Of a stretch of DNA of 64,000 nucleotides, positions 53,977 to 64,000 are shown piece by piece. Under the pieces are notes generated by a model. That model worked only from the letters and a program-made list of their open reading frames with translations. It was not told where the DNA came from and searched no databases. Position numbers and translations under genes: made by a program. How positions within the stretch are numbered: position 1 is the first letter of the stretch; every line of letters begins with the position of its first letter. The stretch comes from Octopus vulgaris (Eukaryota), in the NCBI GenBank assembly GCA_951406725.2, contig OX597827.1, forward strand, positions 10,416,001 through 10,480,000, given 5' to 3'.

Positions 53977-55358
53977 TTATTATTATCATCATTATTGAGT
54001 GAGAGAGCAGTTCATGCCATCAAAGTGACACTGGGGTAAAATATACAAAGCCCAGTATATCAATCATGACTACCTGTCCGATAAGGGTACACCTGGCACA
54101 TGCATCACAGCCATATGTGCATGACATGATGATCTTATATCAAGATAAACAGCACATGACCTTGCAGGTGGGGCCCAGTTAGAATTTTTTCAAGTTGAGT
54201 AGCCTATCCTGCCCAAAAAGACACTGAATAAGGGTTGTTTAAGGATGTTAAACAAAACACCCGTTTCCCAAAGGTGAATTATCCAAACACCAAAGAATTC
54301 CTCTCGACACAGGGCTATCATGCTCCTACACTACTTCTGCTCATGATCAGAGATGCACATATGGTCAGCCACTAAGGGACATGCTCAACTGGTTAAGGTC
54401 AAACAACTGACAAGCAAATCTGTGGTATTGAGCAGATTATATTTGCTGTAGCCCATCTTTTATACCAAAACTAAAACAATATACATGATAACACTTCCAG
54501 TAAGTTAAGATCAGAAGCCATGAAAACCACTGCTTGGTACTGCATCAGGGCATTATTATTATTATCATCATCATCATCATCATTACTTTTACTACTACTA
54601 CTAAGGTGGCGAGCTGGTAGAATTGTTAGAATTTTGGCTTTATATTCTGAGTTCATATCCTGCTGTAGTCGACTCTACCTAGCATTCTTTTGGGGTCAAT
54701 AAATAAGTACCAGTTGAGCACTAGGGTTGGTGCAATCGACGTGCCCCTTTCCCTAAAATGTTAAGCCTCATACCAATACTTGAAACCATTATTATAATTA
54801 GTACTGTTGTCGTTATGGTTTTTAATTTGCATTTTCTCTTCAAAACCATTCATTCTAAAGTTCTATTTTCCTTTCTGGTTTACTTTTAATAATATATTTA
54901 TTTATTTATTTATTTTCTTTTTAATTGTTTTAATTTTAATGTTTTGCTTTCAGTGATCAAATATTAAATCTAAATCAGATTTATTTGTAAATAAACTCCA
55001 AATGAATATGAAAAAAGCTTTTAATTTCAGTTTCAACAGCTTTTACGTGTGAATTAAAGTTTAGTTCTTTGAAAATAGATATCATTAAAGAAATAAATCA
55101 CATTACAAGAAAGATTTCTGCAAAGATTAATGCTTAAGAAAATGTAATGATATAAAATATATATATATAATATTTTATATAATTTAATTTATTTGTTGTT
55201 TATATAATATTTTAGCATTCATTAAAAAATATTTTTAAATGATTTCTTTGTAGTACATTGGAATAATCTTTTGAGTGCTAATTTATATTAGGGAAATTTG
55301 AAAGGTTTGATTTGATTCTGAGTGGTTTCTTAATCCTACAAGAAATTTCATCATTTAA

Positions 55359-55418
<60 letters not shown>

Positions 55419-55641
55419 GTATCTCCTGAATGCTTATGTGATGTGAAAACTAATTAGATAAGTGAAATTGCATCAATAAATATTGACATTAAACAACATG
55501 AATTTATATGCACCAAAGAATGCTTCCTAACCTACCTAGCTTTGGAATTCATGGATTTCATTCCTAACATTTATTTATCCGAATTGTAAATCTGTATAGC
55601 CTAGAATGAGAGGCAGACCTTATTACTCTTTTATTCTTTTA

Positions 55642-55871
55642 GCGGCGAGCTGGCAGAAACGTTAGCATGCCGGGCGAAATACGTAGCCACATTTCATCAT
55701 CCGTTACGTTCTGAGTTCAAACTCCGCCGAGGTTGACTTTGCCTTTCATCCTTTCGGGGTCGATAAATTGAGTACCAGTAACGCACTGGGATCAATGTAA
55801 TCGACTTAATCTGTTTGTCTGTCCTTGTTTGTCTCCTCTATGTTTAGCCCCTTGTGGGCAATAAAGAAATA
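55642..55871 (+). mobile_element. SINE family C
   Basis: Matches family C and is flanked by a TATTCTTT duplication. Confidence 0.88.
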
Positions 55872-56108
55872 TATTCTTTTAGTTGTGATATTCATTGGGC
55901 CACATCCATGCTGGAGCATGAACATGGCCCAATAGTAGAATGAAAATTATTGTAAAATTTGAGTTGGTGGGGACTTTATGTTTTGGCATATTCAACCAGT
56001 AATTGATTGTATAATCTGATAGAAAAACATTGTGATATCCTAATTAATTTGTGATTGAATGTGTGGGTGTGTGTGTTTGTGTATATATATATATATATAT
56101 ATATATGA

Positions 56109-56493
56109 ATGGAAGCACTCCATTGGTTACGACGACGAGGGTTCCGGTTGATCCGATCAACGGAACAGCCTGCTCGTGAAATTAACGTGTAAGTGGCTGA
56201 GCACTCCACAGACACGTGTACCTTTAACGTAGTTCTCGGGGATATTCAGCGTGACACAGAGAGTGACAAGGCCGGCCCTTTGAAATACAGGTACAACAGA
56301 AACAGGAAGTAAGAGTGAGAGAAAGTTGTGGTGAAAGAGTACAGCAGGGATCACCACCATCCCCTGTCGGAGCCTTGTGGAGCTTTAGGTGTTTTCGCTC
56401 AATAAACACTCACAAAGCTCGCTCTGGGAATCAAAACCGTGATCCTACGACCGCGAGTCAGCTGCCCTAACCACTGGGCCATTGCGCCTCCAC
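56109..56493 (-). mobile_element. SINE family B, full length
   Basis: Reverse complement of 8620-9004. Confidence 0.92.
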
Positions 56494-56953
56494 ATATATA
56501 TATATAAATATAGTTCAACAGATAAGATCCAGAGATTCTCTGTAGAGAAGACACTTAGAAGTGCTCAAAAGGTTCAAACTTAAACTCCGATGTCTTTACA
56601 GGGGACCATTCCACAGGGTAAAGAAAGCTGTAAGATGTATTATGTTGCACAGGTATAGAGGTACTTATGCAGATAAACAAATTAGATAATCAAATATATT
56701 AGATATATTAAATTCATTAAATATATTAGTTTGTTTATGGAATACAAAAAACGTATATGTATATATGCATACATGCAAAATGAGAATAAAGCAGAAATTG
56801 ATGACTTTCAGATGATGAATTTTTAAGTATAAATATTTAGATATTTATATTAATAGGTCCAACTTACACAGAATACAAACGATATAGAAAATTAAAGGGA
56901 AGGAAGGGAGATGTTATATATATATATACATACACACACACACATATATGCAC

Positions 56954-57026
<73 letters not shown>

Positions 57027-57052
57027 TATATATATGTATATGTATATGTATG

Positions 57053-57094
<42 letters not shown>

Positions 57095-57519
57095 TGTATG
57101 TATGTATGTATTTTAGCACAGGGAGGAAAGCATAATCAATGGTGAACATATCAGTTTGAGGTTGAAGGAGAAGGGGATATGAATGGGTCAGAGATGAGGA
57201 GGTGATGCTGGTATTGGGATTTATGAGAAGGTGTTCGGGGGGGAAAAGAGGTCATCTGTGGAAAATTATGTGATAAGGGATGATATATGGAGGATGCAGA
57301 ATGGATGGCAGCAAAGAAGGTAGTACAAATGGGAAATAAAACATGTGCCGTTAAGCTCTCATATAGTTAGAGGATTTGGGTAAAAAGTGCTGTTGCTAGA
57401 AGAGTGAAGGTGGAACCTTCATTAGGAAGATGAGTTATGGAGAACACTCTACAGGGATAGATCGAGTGTAACAACATGCTTTTAGGAGCTCATTTTTTGC
57501 TGAAATTGATAGTTTTTCT

Positions 57520-59110
57520 CAAGCACAATGATTTGATAATCATCTCTGCATTGTCATCTTTTTCATGAGGTTCAATATTCTGAGGGTGGTCTCCACTACT
57601 CCTGGAGCTCCCTCTTCCAAACATTCCATTTACATTCAATGGTCAGTACTTCTTTATACATCCATACATTTCACATGACCAAACCCACACAATCTTTTCT
57701 TTTGAATTCTGGCCTCCGTTCTGTGGGCACGTAACAAACACCATCCGATCGTGGCCGTGCCAGCCTCGCCTGGCCTCCGTGCCAGTGGCATGTAAAAAAC
57801 ACCATCCGAGCGTGGCCGTTCGCCAGCCTCGTCTGGCACCTGTGTCGGTGGCATATAAAAAGCACCCACTACACTCACGGAGTGGTTGGCGTTAGGAAGG
57901 GCATCCAGCTGTAGAAACACTGCCAGATCTGACTGGCCTGGTGCAGCCTTCGGGCTTCCCAGACCCCAGTTGAACTGTCCAACCCATGCTAGCATGGAGA
58001 ACAGACGTTAAAAGATGATGATGATGATGCCGTTTATTCTCAAATTGTCTCTCAACTAATTTGTACTTTGTTGTGTATGCACACTGATGTTGCACAACCA
58101 ACAAGCATAGTTGTTTAATTTCTTTTCTAGTTCTCACCTGTCCTCTGAATTTACAGCCTATGTTTCACCATCATGAAGCATTGATGTTCATATGCAAGCT
58201 TCATATAATTGGCCTTTCACTTAATGAGAGAGGGCTTGTTACCAACAGAGGTAATATCACTCAGAACTTTCTGTAACTGGTTCTTATTCAAGTAACTATA
58301 GTTTCAGAACATCTGCTTTCACTGCTAATTTGGTTGCCTAGGTAACAGAAACTATCTGCTATCTCTAAGGATCCCCCTAAGCATTTGAGAATAAGTATTT
58401 CCTTCATATGTTCTAAGTTTTACAGCTTCCTATGCATTTGTCACAAATAAGGTCTACTTTCCCTTTTAACCCTTTTTTGATTCCATTGCACCTCTTATGT
58501 AACCCTAATTTGCTTTGGCTGTTCTATACTGAAATTCTACCACCATCTTTTCTACACATTGAACAGGGCTATTTTCATGAAAGGGTTGGCACCCTGTCAG
58601 TTTTTTGCATACTGTAACCTTATCCTTTCCTAATTTAACTTTGATTCCAGGTTTTATTTCTACACCTGGAATTTCTTTTCTAATTCTACTACAGATTCAG
58701 TGACAAGAACAAAGTCATCAGCATAGAAGAGTTCCTACAGACGATCAGTCTTAATCTGCTATGTTATGGCCTGGAGGACTATGATAAATTGGTGGTAACT
58801 GAGAACCAAGTTCTGCTGAACTCCTCAGTGCACACAAAAATCCATTACTTTACTCACAAACTCTTGTATTACTGCCAGTACCCTCCTACATAATTTGAAT
58901 GGCTCTAATCAGCCTTTCATCTACTCCTAGCTACCATAGTGACCACATGATTTGAGAGTAAGGAATGCTGTTGAAAATCTTTTTCCAGACTGACAAATGC
59001 CAAGTTCAATGGTTTACTTTTCAAAAATCTCTCTGCAGGTGCATTACTAGCAAGATAGCATCAGTAATACTTCTGACTAGTACAAAACCAAAGTGCATCT
59101 CAGCTTCAAT
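57520..59110 (-). mobile_element. Old RTE LINE (RT domain to 3' end) interrupted by a family D element (57710-58030)
   Basis: Minus strand reads ELFYADDFVLV at ~58702-58736 and KRLCGFGHVKCMD near 57660-57700. Similar to 7305-7925. Confidence 0.75.
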
Positions 59111-59169
59111 GACTTTCTTCCTGATTAGTTGAGTTATAACTCTTTCTGTAACTTTCACACACACACACG

Positions 59170-59248
<79 letters not shown>

Positions 59249-59470
59249 TCAATATAGGGTGGCAAAAAATTTCGCAGAATTTTTTTGCCACCAGCGGCCT
59301 AGTGGGAAAAAAGTAAATAGTCATAGACCATTTATAAATTCAACAGCAAAATTAAGGAACGGCCATAATAGGCCATTCAACCCACTAGAAATAACAGCCA
59401 AGGCTTCAACCGCAAAACAATATTAATTCCGTAAACCAGGAGAAAATTTAAAAAACATTTACCCTGTAAT

Positions 59471-59573
59471 ACTTTATACGATGCATTGTTTCGTCTATTC
59501 TTTAATGGTAAATCAACCTGATTAAATTAAATCAAGCTAATCTTCCATAGGCCAGTAGATTCATCAGTAAAGT
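59471..59573 (-). ncRNA. Mirror copy of the hammerhead with two stem mismatches
   Basis: CTGATGA-atcta...tagac-GAAA-caatgcatcg-TA, i.e. G10.1>A and one G>A in stem III. Confidence 0.7.
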
Positions 59574-59870
59574 CAGCCAGATCGGGGCAGATATTTTCAC
59601 GAGGCAGTTCCACTACTGTCTCGGCAATATCTGACCTAAAATTTTCAAATCATCGCACTCGCGCCAAATTTATAGGCAGCAAATATAAGCTGCCGATTCC
59701 ATTACAGAATTAAACAGAAAAATTTTCTGTTTAATTCTGTAATGGAATCGGCAGCTTATATTTGCTGCCTATAAATTTGGCGCGAGTGCGATGATTTGAA
59801 AATTTTTGGTCAGATATTGCCGAGACAGTAGTGGAACTGCCTCGTGAAAATATCTGCCCCGATCTGGCTG

Positions 59871-59973
59871 ACTTTACTGATGAGTCTACTGGCCTATGGA
59901 AGATTAGCTTGATTTAATTTAATCAGGTTGATTTACCATTAAAGAATAGACGAAACGATGCATCGTATAAAGT
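59871..59973 (+). ncRNA. Type I hammerhead ribozyme with a canonical core
   Basis: acttta-CTGATGA-gtcta-[hairpin insert]-tagac-GAAA-cgatgcatcg-TA-taaagt. GUA cleavage triplet, predicted cut after 59967. Confidence 0.88.
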
Positions 59974-60096
59974 ATTACAGGGTAAATGTTTTTAAATTTT
60001 CTCCTGGTTTACGGAATTAATATTGTTTTGCGGTTGAAGCCTTGGCTGTTATTTCTAGTGGGTTGAATGGCCTATTATGGCCGTTCCTTAATTTTG

Positions 60097-60138
<42 letters not shown>

Positions 60139-60199
60139 AGAGACGGAGATGTACTTGCATAGCAAGTGATTTGATCTGAGATCGTGTGCTGAAACGAAA

Positions 60200-60487
60200 A
60201 CAATTGCAGCATGGAAGGTGTTTGTAAGCCATTTAAGAAACACACAAAAGCCGTTCGATTCACTTCAACATTTAAGTTTAATTTGTCAAAATATTTTCGT
60301 CGCTTTAAGATCGCGACCTGTTCACTGACAAAAATCTGTGCTGCATCTTGGATTTTTGTCAGTGAACCGGTCACGGTCTTAAAGCGACGAAAATATTTTG
60401 ACAAATTAAACTTAAATGTTGAAGTGAATCGAACGGCTTTTGTGTGTTACTTAAATGGCTTACAAACACCTTCCATGCTGCAATTGT
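60200..60487. repeat. Palindrome with 137-bp arms and a 14-bp spacer
   Basis: Arms 60200-60336 and 60351-60487, with few mismatches. Confidence 0.95.
60282..60332 (-). ncRNA. Hammerhead variant with a G3-C8 swapped core
   Basis: tttgtca-GTGAACA-g-gtcgc-gatcttaaa-gcgac-GAAA-atat-TT-tgacaaa. The mirror copy at 60355-60405 (+) is mutated. Confidence 0.65.
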
Positions 60488-60670
60488 ATAGGGAGAGATT
60501 TCACACAAAAAAAAAGACGAAGAAAGGTGGTGTAGACAACAAAAAGATGTATTAGTTTAATGGTTGAGAAGTGAAAAAGTCTTTAAAGTTTTGAGCCTAT
60601 GCTCTTCCACAGAAAGAAACAAGGAGAGAAAATAAAGAATGTGTAGTGGCTAGCGATTTATCATGGCGAA
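60487..60670 (-). mobile_element. (TA)n-anchored element of the 18245-18440 family, with a decayed HHR-like motif at 60581-60616
   Basis: cttt-CTGTGGA-a-gagc-atag-gctc-AAAA-ct-TT-aaag; ends CTCTCCCTATA. Confidence 0.65.
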
Positions 60671-60994
60671 TATATATATATATATATATATAAATTAAGA
60701 AAAAGAGTCAAACACAGGTGTTATTCAAATCATTTATACTTCCAGCATATGTTTCAAAGAAAGTATTGAAATAATTCTGGAGGGAATAAAAATGATGTAA
60801 AACAATGCAATCATCTCATCAGGGAAAAAAATAGAAACAAAACACATCAATAAGCCATTTTAACTGAATGTTATTACCATGTATATGATGAAGGAGAAAG
60901 CTGGAAAGTTATTTTTTAAAAAGCTGTTAATAAATTTAACGTCGAAGGTAATTTAGAGAAAGAGAACAAGGCGAAAGACAGAAAATATATATAT

Positions 60995-61397
60995 ACTCTT
61001 TTACTTGTTTCAGTCATCTGACCGCGGCCATGCTGGAGCACCGCCTTTAATCGAGCAACTCGACCCCAGGACTTATTCTTTTTGTAAGCCCAGTACTTAT
61101 TCTATCGGTCTCTTTTGCCAAACCGCTAAGTAACGGGGACATAAACACACCAGCATCGGTTGTCAAGCAATGCTAGGAGGACAAACACAGACACACAAAC
61201 ACACACACGCATATATATATATATACATATATACGATGGGCTTCTTTCAGTTTCCGTCTACCAAATCCACTCACAAGGCTTTGGTCGGCCCGAGGCTATA
61301 GTAGATGACACTTGCCCAAGGTGCCACGCAGTGGGACTGAACCCGGAACCATGTGGTTGGTAAACAAGCTACTTACCACACAGCCACTCCTGCACCT
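60995..61397 (-). mobile_element. SINE family A
   Basis: Reverse complement of family A. Confidence 0.9.
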
Positions 61398-61402
61398 ATA
61401 TA

Positions 61403-61580
61403 TATCATCATCATTTAACGTCCACTTTCCACACTGGCATGGGTTAGTTAGACTTGAACTGGTAAGCAGGAGGGCTGCACCAGGTTCCAGTCTGATTTGG
61501 CATGATTTCTGTGGCTGGATGCCCTTCCTAATGCCAACCACTCCACAGAGTGTAGTGGGTGCTTTTTATGTGCCACCAGT
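61403..61580 (-). mobile_element. Family D retroposon (diverged)
   Basis: GGATGCCCTTCCTAATGCCAACC block and a (CAT)n tail. Confidence 0.75.
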
Positions 61581-61958
61581 ATGGGTTCCATTTACATGAC
61601 ACCAGCAACTGCCACGACTACGATTTCATGGGTGCAGTTGACATGAGACACTGGCCACAATCATGACTACAAAGTCTCTTGGTTTGATGAGTTTCCTCAA
61701 GCACCAAAGATCTTGGTCACATGTCATCACCTCTGGGAAGCTCAACATTCAAAGGTCATGACACTGGTAGTGGCCACGATTATGATTTCACGAATGCTAT
61801 TCACATGACACTGGCAATGGTTATGACCATGATTTTATTTGGCTTGACGAGTCTTTTCAAGCACAGCATATTGCCAAAGGTCTTGGCCATTTGTCATCCC
61901 CTTCGTCAGGCCCAACATTCAAAGATCATGCTTCACCACCTCGTCACACACATACTTA

Positions 61959-62750
61959 TACATATGAAGGGACAAAAATAAATTTCTGAGAATTAGACAG
62001 AAGAATCACTTGAAACCTCACCCTTGTATTGTCTTCTTTATTTATTTTGGTGATGTATAACAATTTACATTTGTATCTAATAAGGTCTAATACATATGAA
62101 GGGACAAAAATAAATTTCTGAGAATTAGACAGAAGAATCACTTGAAACCTCACCCTTGTATTGTCTTCTTTATTTATTTTGGTGATGTAAAACAATTTAC
62201 ATTTGTATCTAATAAGGTCTAATACATATGAAGGGACAAAAATAAATTTCTGAGAATTAGACAGAAGAATCACTTGAAACCTCACCCTTGTATTGTCTTC
62301 TTTATTTATTTTGGTGATGTATAACAATTTACATTTGTATCTAATAAGGTCTAATACATATGAAGGGACAAAAATAAATTTCTGAGAATTAGACAGAAGA
62401 ATCACTTGAAACCTCACCCTTGTATTGTCTTCTTTATTTATTTTGGTGATGTAAAACAATTTACATTTGTATCTAATAAGGTCTAATACATATGAAGGGA
62501 CAAAAATAAATTTCTGAGAATTAGACAGAAGAATCACTTGAAACCTCACCCTTGTATTGTCTTCTTTATTTATTTTGGTGATGTATAACAATTTACATTT
62601 GTATCTAATAAGGTCTAATACATATGAAGGGACAAAAATAAATTTCTGAGAATTAGACAGAAGAATCACTTGAAACCTCACCCTTGTATTGTCTTCTTTA
62701 TTTATTTTGGTGATGTAAAACAATTTACATTTGTATCTAATAAGGTCTAA
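61959..62750. repeat. Tandem array, 6 x 132 bp
   Basis: Units start at 61959, 62091, 62223, 62355, 62487 and 62619. They are identical except for one alternating T/A site. Confidence 0.97.
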
Positions 62751-63185
62751 CAGCAATCTAAAAATTTAATTGATGGGAAAATTAATATTTTAACTAGGCT
62801 AAATAACAGGCATAGTCTTTTATGGTACTACAGTAAAGAAAGTAAAAGAGAAAATAATATATTTCTAATCAGTATGTAAACATTTTCAAACAATAAAAGG
62901 TCTTAAGATCAAATACTTAAATCTAGCGCTGACATATGACAGCATTGCTGCCAAATCCTACATTAAAACTAAGCTTCTTTGTTTGCATCCAGTTATATTT
63001 ATTGATCATTGAACTTGTTTTTAACCCTCTTGATACCAGTCTGCCCAAGAAATCTCATACTTCATGATACAATTTCACAGTCTTAAAGTGGTCTAAATTA
63101 AGAGTTTCCATTAAATTTTCATCTTAATTTTTGCTTGAAACACCTGCTTGATAATGATGCTGGTATTTTATTAAATTCTCTATAT

Positions 63186-63347
63186 AGATGCAGGTGTGGC
63201 TGTGTAGTAAGAAGCTTATTTCTTAACATGGTTTTGGGTTCAGTTCCACTGTATGGCACCTTGGGTAAGTGTCTTCTACTATAGCCTCAGGCAGACCAAA
63301 ACTTTATGAGTGGATTTAGTAGATGGAAACTGAAAGATGCCTGTCTG

Positions 63348-63421
<74 letters not shown>

Positions 63422-63633
63422 CTTTGTATGTATCAACCCCACCACCACTTGACAACCGGTATTGGTGTGTTTACATCCCTGCAGTAAAGGGGTTTAGCAA
63501 GAGGGACCAATAAAATAAGTACCAGGCTTAACAAAATATAAAAACTGGGGTCAATTGATTCGACTCAAAAACAAAAATTTTTGAAAGTGGTGCCACAGTA
63601 TGGCCACAGTCTAATGACTAAAATGAGGAAAAG
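63186..63633 (+). mobile_element. SINE family A (diverged)
   Basis: Matches family A, with internal (TG)n. Confidence 0.8.
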
Positions 63634-63636
63634 GTA

Positions 63637-63980
63637 TGATGTGGTATCAAAATGTTCCTGGACTAGTTCTGTAGCACACCAAAAGATGGCAGCACGTGGT
63701 TGCATGCACAGTGAGAGCTAGCCATGACCATCATGAGGCAGTGTACTGAGTGACATTGCTGTGTGAAATTTGTGTTTTTGTGAAATTTGTGGTTTTGTGA
63801 TCATATGTATGTTGTAGTCTGCAATTGTTTTCATGGACCGGAACAAAGAGCCCACAGGAAATTTTGTGTTAAACTTAGGAAGTCTGCTACAGAGACATTG
63901 AGCATTCTTTGGGAAGCTTACGGTGATGAGGAAACGGGTCGTGTGCAATGTTTTGAGTGGCACAGGTGCTTGAAAAGCAT
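63637..63980 (+). mobile_element. Mariner 5' end (TIR plus frameshifted transposase N-terminus)
   Basis: From 63841: EQRAHRKFCVKLRKSATETLSILWEAYGDEETGRVQCFEWH, a mariner HTH region. TA plus a TIR-like start at 63635. Confidence 0.8.
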
Positions 63981-64000
63981 AAGCATAAACATCACCTCCA

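Larger units (their letters stand above)
59345..60098. repeat. 754-bp near-perfect palindrome between (TA)n tracts
   Basis: Arms 59345-59721 and 59723-60098. I count about 3 substitutions and 1 indel between them. Confidence 0.97.

Noticed and set aside
53997-54552. ~550-bp GC-richer block between (ATT)n tracts
   Set aside because: It looks like an interspersed repeat, but it is single-copy in this window and has no diagnostic ends, so I left it unclassified.
61959-62750. Array interpreted as CRISPR or as a hammerhead repeat
   Set aside because: No unique spacers, eukaryotic context, and CTGAGAA...GAAA lacks pairing stems.

Overview
AT-rich, repeat-saturated animal DNA, intergenic or deep intronic. 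The SINE families and very high microsatellite load suggest an octopus or other cephalopod genome (inference, not verified). I can support no intact host protein-coding gene: nearly all listed ORFs are read-throughs of microsatellites, SINEs or decayed transposons. The window holds at least five SINE or retroposon families (labelled A-E here), RTE, CR1 and R4/Dong LINE fragments, Tc1/mariner remnants, MITEs, Helitron/HINE elements and a 6x132-bp tandem array. The most notable signal is a set of short non-coding elements anchored in (TA)n tracts that carry type I hammerhead ribozyme (HHR) motifs with palindromic stem III. These include a 754-bp near-perfect palindrome with an HHR on each strand (59345-60098) and an adjacent palindrome whose HHR has a compensatory G3-C8 core swap (60200-60487). 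Further stand-alone HHRs lie at 53276-53336 and 16980-17014. They most resemble non-autonomous Penelope-like or retrozyme elements. Coordinates of decayed repeats are approximate.
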